NCBI GenBank assembly: GCA_045805205.1
Contig: JBJMLR010000010.1
Location: forward strand, 263,388 to 327,387
Length of the DNA: 64,000 nucleotides
Reading direction: 5' to 3'
DNA from: Bacteroidia bacterium
GTDB taxonomy: Bacteria > Bacteroidota > Bacteroidia > 2-12-FULL-35-15
The notes below the pieces were generated by a model. It ran no database searches and was not told where the DNA came from. It saw only the letters and a list, made by a program, of their open reading frames with translations. Shown piece after piece: positions 1 to 9,897 of the stretch (the stretch's first letter is position 1; each line of letters opens with the position of its first letter). A program made the position numbers and the translations under genes.

Positions 1-135
1 GAAGTCCCCTCTCTTGATCACATTCCCGCCAAAATCAGCAATTGAATAAGTAACCTGCGGGGTTTTGCAGAGGTAATTCAATTCGATCTTGTCATTGGTG
101 ATTGCAGAAATCATATCAGCTGTAACAGTTGTCAT
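1..135 (-). CDS. 5' part of a small hypothetical protein running off the window edge, resembling a T9SS C-terminal domain fold
   Basis: Manual translation MTTVTADMISAITNDKIELNYLCKTPQVTYSIADFGGNVIKRGDF, open to the edge; YSIADFGGNVIKRG resembles the CTD pattern I-x-D-x-x-G-x-x-I. Confidence 0.55.
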   Translation of the reverse strand, partial: MTTVTADMISAITNDKIELNYLCKTPQVTYSIADFGGNVIKRGDF

Positions 136-208
136 AGGCTTGATTCTACGCTGCTACAGCTGATAGGTTTTAAAATTTAGACGAAAACAGAATTTTCTGC
201 TACCAAAA

Positions 209-1930
209 TCAGTTCTTGATAAAACGTTTAAACGTTTCTTTTGTATCCGACTGAATACCAATTATATATACTCCTTTTGGGAATCCCGAAATATCAACTA
301 ATTTTTCTGTTTTCGAGTTTATTTCGAACGATCTCACTTCCCTGCCCATCACGTCATAGATCTTAATTCTGCTGATCACTCCTGCATAGCTGATGGTGAT
401 ATAATCAGAAGCCGGATTCGGATAGATCCTGAGCGGATCATCTTTATCAGGGCTTGCGATACCGGCTGAAGTTGAGCAACCGCATGCTGTAATTCCGGTT
501 GTGTATTTCTGGCGAACACTATCGATGCGGTCTTTCATGATCGCAACGCTCGCAAGATTTCCACCTGAATTTGCTCTTGCAAAAACATAAGCGAAATCCA
601 TTTCGTTCGATGCTCCAGGCTGCAGAATAAACGGACCGTAAGCTCCCATCGCTCTGCGGTCGCCGGGAGTATTACCGGCAGTAATTTCATCCCATGCCGG
701 CTGCGGAGCCATGCCTGTACCGAAACCCATCGGATCACTCGTTCCGGGGAACATGTATTTGCAGTTCACACCTGTCAGGTGACCATTTCCTCCGTATGTC
801 AGGCTGGTTGCATCTTTCCAGGATCCCGTCATATAATTATAAAAGTCGGTTGCTGTCACAGGATTGCCGATCGCTGAAAAATCGTTTTGATAGTACATGA
901 ACCGGGACATGCCGAGACGCTCATTGTCGATGGTTCCGTCGCCGTAATTGGTACCATTGGGGGTTGCACTGGCAGGGTCATCCAGTCCGTTGGGTTTTGC
1001 AAACGGTCCGTTCAGGAATACCACAGCCTGGGCCGGCGGATTGTTGCCGTATCCCAGCTCACTGCCAAGATTTCCATCAACTGCATCACCATTGAACGCA
1101 TAATACGCTCCACGTGTAACGTCGGAACCTACAAAATCATCACTGCTGCCGCCGATCTCAACATCCGACCAATGTTCAACAAAAACAGAGTCAAGAAGGA
1201 ATGCGCCGCGATTGTAAACTTTATAGTTAGTGAAGATCGCATTTTGCAAGGTGCTGTCTGCCGGACACGCATAAGCATACGCCATGGCCTGAACTTCAAG
1301 TCCGATGGGGCTTCCGCCTGTTTCGGTGTGTACTCCGCCCCTGTCATTGAATACAAAAAAGATGGCCTGGTCACCTTTGATCAGCGGGTAATCGCCGGCA
1401 GCGGGATCATAAATGGCATTTGTATTTACGTCCACGAATGGCGCAAGCGTAAGCCCAAAAGGGCTGAACGCAGGCCAGTTCATGATCGTATTCATAGCTG
1501 TTGAATCCGTCGGATTTACTCCGATCTGTCCGCCGTTGAACCAGTTCACGTATGTGTCGATGTCACATTTATTGATCTTCCAAACCCGGTTGAAATGGGC
1601 AATAGTTGCAGAATCTGTGGTTGCGGATGCTGTGAGCGGTCCGGGCCAGTAATCCGTGCCCGACTGATGATATGTTTGTGCAGCAAGCTTTAAAGCGGAC
1701 CCTGCATCAAACCCTCCGAGCCAGAGTCCTGCTGCAAAAAAAGTATGATGGTTGCTTCCTTTGGGAGCTTCAAACCCCTGTGTAAAGGTAGATCCGAAAT
1801 CGCTGAACAATGAGCCATCGGCATTGAACCGGGCGTTGATCATGTTGATGTCGAGAAAGCCGCCGTTAATTGTTTGAGCTTGCGCTGAACAAAAAGACAG
1901 CGCAGTAAACACAAGTAGAATTTTTTTCAT
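209..1930 (-). CDS. Secreted T9SS type A sorting domain protein of unknown function; paralog of 7675..9387
   Basis: Signal peptide MKKILLVF..AQAQ; C-terminal IYPNPA..IYDVMGR..GVYII..KRFIKN. Confidence 0.9.
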   Translation of the reverse strand: MKKILLVFTALSFCSAQAQTINGGFLDINMINARFNADGSLFSDFGSTFTQGFEAPKGSNHHTFFAAGLWLGGFDAGSALKLAAQTYHQSGTDYWPGPLTASATTDSATIAHFNRVWKINKCDIDTYVNWFNGGQIGVNPTDSTAMNTIMNWPAFSPFGLTLAPFVDVNTNAIYDPAAGDYPLIKGDQAIFFVFNDRGGVHTETGGSPIGLEVQAMAYAYACPADSTLQNAIFTNYKVYNRGAFLLDSVFVEHWSDVEIGGSSDDFVGSDVTRGAYYAFNGDAVDGNLGSELGYGNNPPAQAVVFLNGPFAKPNGLDDPASATPNGTNYGDGTIDNERLGMSRFMYYQNDFSAIGNPVTATDFYNYMTGSWKDATSLTYGGNGHLTGVNCKYMFPGTSDPMGFGTGMAPQPAWDEITAGNTPGDRRAMGAYGPFILQPGASNEMDFAYVFARANSGGNLASVAIMKDRIDSVRQKYTTGITACGCSTSAGIASPDKDDPLRIYPNPASDYITISYAGVISRIKIYDVMGREVRSFEINSKTEKLVDISGFPKGVYIIGIQSDTKETFKRFIKN

Positions 1931-2045
1931 AGATAGAGATACAAAAAATAACGGGGATGATTTTTTGTTCCGCAGATTGACGGTGAGGTATTCTGTTACG
2001 ACAATCCTTCTGTTGCGGTTACGTAATTTAACCGGGTAAATATAC

Positions 2046-5000
2046 CTATTTAATCAACGTAAGCGGCCCTGTATATTTATGTTCTTCTCCGTTTGCGAAC
2101 GAAATAAAGATCTTGTAGACAAAAACCTGCGGTTCGGCGATATCACCCTTATATTTTCCATCCCATCCTGAATTTTTATCATTGGTTTCAAAAACCTTTT
2201 CTCCCCAGCGATCAAAGATCATCATCCGCACCGAAGTAATGTTGTCACCTTTTATCCTGAAGACATCATTGACGCCGTCACCATTCGGTGAAAATGCATT
2301 CGGGAAAAACGCGGAGCACTCCTCTGAAATGATCACGGTTATTTCATCGGTGCTTGAACAGCCATTTGCATCCGTCACGGTGAGATAGTATGTGCCTGTC
2401 GCATTTGTATCCACTACAGGTTCAAGGCAATTGATGCAGCTTAACCCTGCGGATGGCGTCCAGCTATATGTTCCCGTAGAAGCCGAAGCATTGATCGTTC
2501 CGGTTTCTCCCGATATGAGTGTCATATCCGGTCCGGCATTTACAAGCGGATTTGGATTTATTGTTACCGTTACATCATCGGAGACCGTACCACACCTATT
2601 TGATGCTTGTACGCTATAGGTAGTAGTGCTTACGGGAGCAACCGAAACCGCAGAAGTAGTTTCTCCCGTGCTCCAGGAATAGTTTCCGGTGGAGCTCACG
2701 GCGCTTAGCATCGCTGAATTTCCGGCACAGATAACGATGTCTCCGCTCGCGGTGATCGTCGGAGGATCAACGGTGGTGATCGTTACCGATCCCGTATCAC
2801 TCACACAGTAGCCGTTCACTACATACAGTTGATAGATGCCGCCGGAAGAAGCTGTTACAGGATAGATCAGGGGAGATATGGATCCGCTGCTGAAACCGCC
2901 CGGACCGGACCAATAATAAGTATATCCTGCAAGTGAGTTTGCGGAAAGTACAAGCGAATCACCGGTGCAAATGCTGTCACTGACGGTAAGTATCGGTGAT
3001 GCAACCGGCGGAGTGATGCTGATCGTGATCGTATTGGAAAGACTTGTGCATCCGTTTGTATCTGTTGCTTCTACGATCAGGATCGTCGGACCCGTCACTG
3101 TGGAAATTGAGTAAGTGAATCCTCCCGCAAGGAAATTATGTGCGGCATCATACCAGCTGACAACCAGGCTGGAGTCATTTGTCGCTGTGTACGTAAGAGG
3201 TGTTCCTGCACATACGCTGGTATCCGGGATCGCAGCGAGTAACGGAGCGGCGAGCAATGAAAGCGCTGTGGTATCCGATTGTGCAGTACAGCCGGACGGA
3301 TCAGTATACGTATAATAATATTGCCCCGCTGCGGTTACAGGGTTGTTCATCGCAGTGCTTCCGTTATTCCAGAGATAAGATCCCGGGAGCGTATCGGTCA
3401 AAAGTATCAGCGTATCATATTGACAGATCACATAGGAGCTGCTTGTGAACGGATGCAGCACCGGATCATTGACCGTAATATATATACTGTCGGTTTGGCT
3501 TGCGCAGAAACCGGAAAAGGCAGTTACTGAATAATAACCGGAAGTTGCCAGGGTCACAGGATAAACGAAAAGATGAGTGGAATCAAATGCGGTGATGCCC
3601 GGGCCGTTCCATGTATAAGTGGTACCTGCTGCCGGCGCTCCGACTTCCAGAAACAATGTATCACCTGCACATACTACCGGTCTGCCAATGATCACCGGCT
3701 TCTGCGAGCCGTTGAAGATATTGACGTTAACGGGAACAGCAGCACTCATGCACGTTCCATTGTTATTTGCGACGAAGAAAGTACTGTCGTTCTGTCCCAT
3801 TGATACCGGAAGTGATGAGCCGGTTCCTACAACATTTCCATTCACCAATTCATTAAACCAATAGATGCTTCCGGTTCCTGAAGCATTCAGCGTAAGCGAT
3901 GTTCCCGGGCAAACAGTTGTATCGCTTACAGTTGGAGGAGTAACTTCCGGATAAGCATAAACGATCACGCTATCGCTGCTGATACAGCCTTCCAGATTCG
4001 TTGCCTGTACATAATAAGTTCCGGGTCCTGTTGTGGTATAGCTCATTCCGGTTTCCATGGATGGAATCCATGTGTAGTCAACAAATCCGGGAGAGCCAAC
4101 GAGAATAACTGTATCCTGGCTGCAGATCGTATCGTTGCCCCAGTACATCAGATCTACTGCTGCACCTGTTCCGGTTGTGATCGTAATGCTTGCAACGGTG
4201 GTAATGCTGCAGGAGTTAACGCTCACCGTATAGGTTCCCGGCGATGTAATCGTCTGCGTCAGTGAGCTTCCGCTGAATGGAGTTGCCCAATTGATCGTTG
4301 ATGCATCATTGGTCTGCAATGTAATGATCACGGACCCGCTCGCACATAAGCTTGTTCCGGGAGCGGATTCAAGATAAGGTGTGCTGTACTCTTTTACTTC
4401 GACCATTTCAGACACAAGCAAACAGCCCGTCGGAGAAATATAGGTGTAATAATATATTCCCGGTGTGCTGGTCCAGATACTTGCGGTGGTTCCGAGAACC
4501 ATGCCGGTAGGGCCGTACCACAGGTATGAGCTTCCCGGCTGAGCAGTAAGCTGAACGGAATCGAATGGACAAACCAATCCGTTTGCAGGCAGCATTGTTA
4601 CAAGTGGTGCCGGCATCGAATGCAGATCGAAATAATACCATTGTGTGGACGAGCAGCCAAGGACCGTGTCAGTGGTAGTGGAGGTAAGTGTGTATTGCCC
4701 TTCCTGGTTTACAATTGCACTGTCTCCCGAAGGATATACATTTACAAGGCCCGGGCCTCCCCAAACATAGTTATCACCGCCACTCGCGGATAAAGTAACA
4801 GAGTCGCCCGGACAAAAATAAGTTGCGCCGCTGATCAGCGGTACATTTGACGGAGCGCTGTGTGCATCGAGATAGAATGTTCTGCTGACAGTTCCCCATG
4901 ATGTTCCGGTGATCGGGTCAAGGATGTTTGCGGTTGCAGTGCAAATCCCGCTGGTGAGTGCTTTGAAGTCTTGTGTGTGATCCCAGAAGGTATTCGAATA

Positions 5001-7301
5001 GGAGAGGTAGGGGTCAAAAGTATAACCTCCGGTGATCGTCCAGTGAACATAGGTTGCGACAAAGGAAGGCAATCCTGCGTAAAAAGATGCGCTGTCGACC
5101 AGGCGCATTCTGAAATGATCATTCGCACATACACGAACCGTATCCGTTGTGTTAAAAGTAGTGTCCGTAAAGATCAGCATGGGTGTGATGGCAGAAAGAG
5201 GGAGCCCCGTGCCGCCGGCATAACCTCCACCACATGGTCCATAAGTAAAAAGATCGATACACTCTCCATTGTTACACATTCCACCCGGACTGGATGAGGT
5301 CAGCGAATAGTTTCCCGGCAGGTATGCATAGATTGTATCATTTGTGCTCGTAGCGCCCCCGGGAAGATTCCAGTGAAAGGTATATCCGGCTGGAATTCCC
5401 GAAGCCACGAACATTGCAGTATCTCCACAGGGGATCAACGCTTTGTGCAAGCAAGGTGTAAGCGGTATCGCATCCAGGTCAATGCAGTGATGGGCCGTAA
5501 TTATTGGTGTCGGAGGAGTTGCATAGATCTGTACGTAAAATGAATCCACAAATCTTCGGCAATCGTCGGCATATCCGTAATCAACATAATATAATCCGCT
5601 TGAAGTGATCTTTGTCCGGAAGTGAGTGGCTCCGTTCGACCAATTGTAGACCCAATCCGGAGCCTGAAGGCTGTCCACGGTTGTAGGTGTATTGATACCG
5701 GCATAAACAAAATCACAGCCGGTGATCGTATCACCAAGCGGCCAGCGGTAGGGCATGAGTGTATCGTTAACACAGGTTCCGCTTATGCGTTTGAAATAAT
5801 CATAAGGAGGGGTAACATTGTTCACTGGCCGCGAGATCAGGATGTCCTTATTGCCCCATCCTTTTTGCGTTACGAAAGCTCCGCCTGACATCGCTCCGCA
5901 GAGGGTAAGTCCGAAATTTCCGTTCAGTGTATTCAGATTATTTACATGCGTGGTGAAATTGAATCCATCAGGGGTGTTGAAATTCTTCGAGTAGCTGCCT
6001 GCGAATACCGGCTGGTCGTTAAAGTAAACATCGAGCGCAGTCGGATAGTCATCACCGATCCCTCCATATTGCTTTTCCCATGTGCGATGGAGCAGGCTGT
6101 CATACTTCACAACGTATATATCGCGGAATCCCACGCTGTTAAAAATGCCGTTGCCATGGATCGCAGAGAAAGTGGTAAGAGAGCATTTGAAATATCCGGC
6201 AGTAAAAATGTTGCTTTGCTGGTCGATGGTAATTCCGCGCGAAGAGATCGAGTTATCACTGCCCTCGGTTGTTCCGGTGATGTAATCGCCGTTCAGTGTG
6301 TTGACCTTTACAGCAAACACCTTGTAGATCGAAGGATTGGTGAGATAATCGTTTGGAGTGCCGATGTAACAAAATGCGCCCTGGAAATCACCGGTCATCC
6401 AGATGTTTTTCTCCTTTACTTTCATGTCATACACCATGAACTGCGAAGCGATCATTCTTCTGAACCACATTTCATTTCCCGCGGTATCGAGTTTCATCAC
6501 TAGTCCTGCGTTAAAAGCATTGTTCGGATAGGTTCCCGTAAATGAGATCGTGTCGGAAAACTGTCCGCAGGTGTATATATTGTCCTGTGCATCGACCGCT
6601 ATTTTCAGGATACGATCATCATAAAGTGCACTTCCCTGTTTTGCCCAGGTAACTGTGCCGGATGAATTTGTTTTGAAGATAAATGCATCATAAGAGGGAA
6701 GCCCTCCGCCTGATGCCATTGTCGGCGGATAATTGACAGACGTAAATGTATAGCTGCCGAAAGTAGAAGTGCCTTTGAATTCTCCGCCGACGATAATATT
6801 TCCGAATGCGTCGGTACAGATGTCATTCGGCAGATCGGTATCAGCGCCGCCATAGCTTTTTGCCCAAATAAAATTTCCGGCGTTGTCAAGTTTAGCAATA
6901 AATACATCCTGCGAACCGGCAATTGACGTAAGCGAAGTGCTGCCGAACAGAGCGGTTCCTCTGAATACACCTGTGATGAAGATCTCTCCGGCTCCGTTCA
7001 CAGTGATCGCCGTTGCTTTTTCATCCATGATGCCTCCGGCAGGAACTACCCAAAGATATGTTCCGAGTGAATCTTGCTTTGCGACAAAAACGTCGCTCAT
7101 TCCGGAAGAAGGGATAACAATATTATCGAAACGGGCAGCCATGCTGAAATATCCTGTGGAATAAACATTCCCAAGATTATCATGAACAAGATCAAGTGCT
7201 TCGTCATTGGCGTTCCCGCCGGCACCCTGCAGCCAGTTATGCTGGGAAAAGCCGGTTACACGTAAAAGGGTGATTATAAGAAGCAGGAGTAAATGTTTCA
7301 T
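2046..7301 (-). CDS. Large surface protein: N-terminal beta-propeller (SBBP-like repeats), Ig-like repeats, T9SS type B (gliding motility-associated) C-terminal domain
   Basis: Likely start MKHLLLLL at 7301; DVFVAKxD..G..W repeats; C-terminal FPNAFSPNGDGVNDVF..IFDRWGE..WDG. Confidence 0.9.
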   Translation of the reverse strand: MKHLLLLLIITLLRVTGFSQHNWLQGAGGNANDEALDLVHDNLGNVYSTGYFSMAARFDNIVIPSSGMSDVFVAKQDSLGTYLWVVPAGGIMDEKATAITVNGAGEIFITGVFRGTALFGSTSLTSIAGSQDVFIAKLDNAGNFIWAKSYGGADTDLPNDICTDAFGNIIVGGEFKGTSTFGSYTFTSVNYPPTMASGGGLPSYDAFIFKTNSSGTVTWAKQGSALYDDRILKIAVDAQDNIYTCGQFSDTISFTGTYPNNAFNAGLVMKLDTAGNEMWFRRMIASQFMVYDMKVKEKNIWMTGDFQGAFCYIGTPNDYLTNPSIYKVFAVKVNTLNGDYITGTTEGSDNSISSRGITIDQQSNIFTAGYFKCSLTTFSAIHGNGIFNSVGFRDIYVVKYDSLLHRTWEKQYGGIGDDYPTALDVYFNDQPVFAGSYSKNFNTPDGFNFTTHVNNLNTLNGNFGLTLCGAMSGGAFVTQKGWGNKDILISRPVNNVTPPYDYFKRISGTCVNDTLMPYRWPLGDTITGCDFVYAGINTPTTVDSLQAPDWVYNWSNGATHFRTKITSSGLYYVDYGYADDCRRFVDSFYVQIYATPPTPIITAHHCIDLDAIPLTPCLHKALIPCGDTAMFVASGIPAGYTFHWNLPGGATSTNDTIYAYLPGNYSLTSSSPGGMCNNGECIDLFTYGPCGGGYAGGTGLPLSAITPMLIFTDTTFNTTDTVRVCANDHFRMRLVDSASFYAGLPSFVATYVHWTITGGYTFDPYLSYSNTFWDHTQDFKALTSGICTATANILDPITGTSWGTVSRTFYLDAHSAPSNVPLISGATYFCPGDSVTLSASGGDNYVWGGPGLVNVYPSGDSAIVNQEGQYTLTSTTTDTVLGCSSTQWYYFDLHSMPAPLVTMLPANGLVCPFDSVQLTAQPGSSYLWYGPTGMVLGTTASIWTSTPGIYYYTYISPTGCLLVSEMVEVKEYSTPYLESAPGTSLCASGSVIITLQTNDASTINWATPFSGSSLTQTITSPGTYTVSVNSCSITTVASITITTGTGAAVDLMYWGNDTICSQDTVILVGSPGFVDYTWIPSMETGMSYTTTGPGTYYVQATNLEGCISSDSVIVYAYPEVTPPTVSDTTVCPGTSLTLNASGTGSIYWFNELVNGNVVGTGSSLPVSMGQNDSTFFVANNNGTCMSAAVPVNVNIFNGSQKPVIIGRPVVCAGDTLFLEVGAPAAGTTYTWNGPGITAFDSTHLFVYPVTLATSGYYSVTAFSGFCASQTDSIYITVNDPVLHPFTSSSYVICQYDTLILLTDTLPGSYLWNNGSTAMNNPVTAAGQYYYTYTDPSGCTAQSDTTALSLLAAPLLAAIPDTSVCAGTPLTYTATNDSSLVVSWYDAAHNFLAGGFTYSISTVTGPTILIVEATDTNGCTSLSNTITISITPPVASPILTVSDSICTGDSLVLSANSLAGYTYYWSGPGGFSSGSISPLIYPVTASSGGIYQLYVVNGYCVSDTGSVTITTVDPPTITASGDIVICAGNSAMLSAVSSTGNYSWSTGETTSAVSVAPVSTTTYSVQASNRCGTVSDDVTVTINPNPLVNAGPDMTLISGETGTINASASTGTYSWTPSAGLSCINCLEPVVDTNATGTYYLTVTDANGCSSTDEITVIISEECSAFFPNAFSPNGDGVNDVFRIKGDNITSVRMMIFDRWGEKVFETNDKNSGWDGKYKGDIAEPQVFVYKIFISFANGEEHKYTGPLTLIK

Positions 7302-7605
7302 GCACGTGAGTTTTGTTGATACTAATTTGAGAATGAATTGGCGAAGGGGCAAATGAAAATGAAAATACCTTACGCGTTCAAATTCAATATTTTTTGTAAT
7401 CGGCAAGTATATAAGGTGTTTCAGTCGAATATACAGCTGCAGTCAAATTGTTATCTGATCGTTTTATCCCGCCCTAAAACGGGAAAAGCCTCTTTTTGTT
7501 GTTTATTCGGGCTCTCCTGATAACTAATGTACTTGAACTTAAGGGATTTCCGTCACCCAATTAGTTTACGGTAGCTTTGATCCTTTAAGCGGTCCGTTCA
7601 GTTTC

Positions 7606-7672
7606 CGCTTTAACCCGGTCCGCCGCCGAACAACATCCCCATGTTTCTTGCGGCAGACCTGCGGTTAAAGAA
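7606..7672 (-). ncRNA. Putative structured RNA hairpin, copy 1 (apex ACAU-GGGG-AUGU)
   Basis: Minus strand TTCTTTAAC-CGCA-GGTCTGCCGC-AAGAAACATGGGGATGTTGTTCG-GCGGCGGACC-GG-GTTAAAGCG; covaries with copy 2. Confidence 0.65.
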
Positions 7673-7674
7673 GA

Positions 7675-9387
7675 TCAATGCGTTTTGATGAAGCGTGCCG
7701 AAGAAAGTTTCTTTCCATCGCTCAGGGTTATAAAGTAAAGTCCGTCCGGGAGCTCACTGATATCGACCTGTTGCCCGCCTGCTTGTAATTCAACGTATTT
7801 CAGAAGCTTTCCTGTTGCATCGTAGATTGCTGCTGTTGCATTGTTGCCGGAGTGCTTTACAATAATATGGTCATTGGCCGGGTTCGGATAAATTGAAAAC
7901 TCAGCTGTGCTTTGGTGAGTTGCGATTCCCGTTGTGCTGCTGCATCCGCAAGCGGTGATCCCGCTGCTGAATTTCTGGTGCAGGCTGTCGATGCGTTCTT
8001 TCAGTAATGAAACGCTAGCGAGATTACCGCCGGATGAAGCCTTGGCGTACACGTATGCAAGATCGATCTCATTTACTGCGCCGGGTTGCCAGGTAAACGG
8101 GCCATAGGAAGCAACACCACGGCGGTCTGAAGGAACATGCATGTCGCTCACTTCATCCCAGGGCGATTGCGGAACTCCGAAAGTTCCGAAGCTGCCGGGA
8201 TCGCTGCTGCCCGGAAAGAGATATTTGCAGACGGTGCCGGTCAAATGACCATAGCCTCCGTACGTCCAGGGAGTGCCGTCTCTCCAGGCTCCCGCCATGT
8301 AGTCATAATAGTCTGCCGGCACGCTTGGATTTCCCATAGGGCTTGCGTCATTCTCGAAGTAGAGAAAATGTCCCATTCCCAAACGTTCATTGTCGATGAT
8401 GCTGTCGCCGTAATTTGTGCCGTTGGCTACAGATGAACTTACATCATCAAGTCCATTCGGATCCGCATAAGGGCCGGTCAGCAATACGACGCCTTGCGCG
8501 GGTGGATTCAATCCGTAAGGGATCTCTCCTGCGGGCGGACTGTCATCGATGGAATCGCCGTTGAAAGCATAATATGTACTTCTGCCGACATCGCACCCGA
8601 CAAAATCATCAGTGGCGCTGCCGATATCAAAATCGGTCCAGCTTCCCATGAAGGCGGAATCGAGGCGAAAAGAGCTTTTATTAGTGATCTTGTAATTTAC
8701 AAAAACGGTATTCGCGAGTACGCTATCCGTATTGCAGCCGTATTCATATACCATGCACTGGATCTCCAATCCGATTGCATTGCCTCCGGTTTCGGTGTGC
8801 ACACCTCCCTTGTCGTTGTACACGAAGAAGATCGCCTGGTCGCCTTTGATGACCGGGTAATCGCCCGCATATGGATCGTACACGCCGTTGCCGTTGGTAT
8901 CATTGTAAGGTGCCAGCGACGCTCCGGATGGACTTGAAGCGGGCCAGGTAAGAATTGTATTCATGGCAACAGAGTCTACGGGATTCGGGCCGAGCTCACC
9001 GCCATAAAACCAACTCATGTATGAATCGATATCACATTTGTTTAATTTCCAGACACGATCATAAGCTGCAATTGTTGAAGGGGTTATCGAGGCAGTTGCA
9101 TCAAGCGGTCCTGGCCAGAAATCATTACCGGTTTGCCGATACGTTGATCCGGCGATCTTCAGCGTGTTGCTCGCATCGATTCCGCCGAACCATAAATTGC
9201 TTGCAAAAATGGTTGAGCGGCCGCTGCCTTTCGGCACTTCAAATTTTGGATTCATAAAGTCCCAAAACAGTGCGCCCTGGGAGTTTACGCCTGCTTTGAT
9301 GTTATTTATATCCAGCTGAGCAAAATTAGATTGTGAAAATGCAGCACCTGATCCTAGAAGAAGTGACGCGACGATTAATTTTTTCAT
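7675..9387 (-). CDS. Secreted T9SS type A sorting domain protein of unknown function; paralog of 209..1930
   Basis: Likely start MKKLIVASLLL at 9387; C-terminal IYPNPA..IYDATGK..GLYFI..RFIK; shares blocks such as GDYPxIKGDQAIFFVxNDxGGVHTETGG with 209..1930. Confidence 0.9.
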   Translation of the reverse strand: MKKLIVASLLLGSGAAFSQSNFAQLDINNIKAGVNSQGALFWDFMNPKFEVPKGSGRSTIFASNLWFGGIDASNTLKIAGSTYRQTGNDFWPGPLDATASITPSTIAAYDRVWKLNKCDIDSYMSWFYGGELGPNPVDSVAMNTILTWPASSPSGASLAPYNDTNGNGVYDPYAGDYPVIKGDQAIFFVYNDKGGVHTETGGNAIGLEIQCMVYEYGCNTDSVLANTVFVNYKITNKSSFRLDSAFMGSWTDFDIGSATDDFVGCDVGRSTYYAFNGDSIDDSPPAGEIPYGLNPPAQGVVLLTGPYADPNGLDDVSSSVANGTNYGDSIIDNERLGMGHFLYFENDASPMGNPSVPADYYDYMAGAWRDGTPWTYGGYGHLTGTVCKYLFPGSSDPGSFGTFGVPQSPWDEVSDMHVPSDRRGVASYGPFTWQPGAVNEIDLAYVYAKASSGGNLASVSLLKERIDSLHQKFSSGITACGCSSTTGIATHQSTAEFSIYPNPANDHIIVKHSGNNATAAIYDATGKLLKYVELQAGGQQVDISELPDGLYFITLSDGKKLSSARFIKTH

Positions 9388-9423
9388 TCGTATATGATTT
9401 GGTAAAAGGGGATTCTTTTTTTC

Positions 9424-9490
9424 TGCCCTAACCCCGCCTGCTGCCGAACAACATCCCCATGTTTCTTGCAGCAGGCGATGGGCCAAAGCA
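9424..9490 (-). ncRNA. Putative structured RNA hairpin, copy 2, in the 5' leader of 7675..9387
   Basis: Minus strand TGCTTTGGC-CCAT-CGCCTGCTGC-AAGAAACATGGGGATGTTGTTCG-GCAGCAGGCG-GG-GTTAGGGCA; same 67-nt layout as copy 1; outer stem needs G-U pairs. Confidence 0.65.
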
Positions 9491-9502
9491 TTTTTGCTGA
9501 TA

Positions 9503-9510
9503 CAAACATA
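9503..9510 (-). promoter_or_regulatory. Bacteroidota housekeeping -7 promoter element
   Basis: TATGTTTG on the minus strand matches TAnnTTTG, just upstream of hairpin copy 2. Confidence 0.55.
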
Positions 9511-9546
9511 CATCGTCAAATGCCCTGCTTTTTTTCGGTTTATGGC

Positions 9547-9897
9547 AATAGTATACAGGTCAACAACTCTTTTTCGGGTTCAGGAAGCTCTAAGAGGATT
9601 GATTTTACTGGCTTTTTATAAGATCCGGCAGTACACGTCAACCGGTTTTTTCACTTTTGGGAATAGTATACATGTCTGAGGCCTGTTTTTGGATAAGCGA
9701 TAGTCGTTCTCCCGTTATGAATTCTGATAAATAAGAAGTAATTTAGAGTGTCTTTCAGTTTAAAGCATGCCTGTATTTACTGCAAATAAAGAAGGATAGC
9801 GTGTTTAATAAACCGGTGGTTTATTAAAAAACATTATAGGCGAACCGAGGCAAGCCGGTAATGGAGAAACAAAATACCTTAAAAGTATACATGTCAA
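9547..9897. promoter_or_regulatory. Repeated candidate operator AGTATACAnGTC (3 copies) plus an 11-bp inverted repeat
   Basis: AATAGTATACAGGTCAA 9547-9563; AATAGTATACATGTC 9662-9676; AAAGTATACATGTCAA 9882-9897; TTTAATAAACC-GGT-GGTTTATTAAA 9804-9828. Confidence 0.5.

Noticed and set aside
7606-9490. Hairpins as integron attC sites flanking a gene cassette (copy 1 has CTTTAAC..GTTAAAG)
   Set aside because: Copy 2 lacks the AAC box, R/L box spacing does not fit, the conserved part is the apex rather than the ends, pairing relies on G-U, and there is no integrase in the window.
9388-9519. N-terminal extensions in the ORF track (also 7302-7406, 15754-15831, 24242-24322, 26317-26358, 34310-34387, 35586-35885, 43548-43613, 46401-46454)
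   Set aside because: Downstream ATGs give proper signal peptides or family N-termini; the extensions run through promoters, repeats or neighbouring genes.
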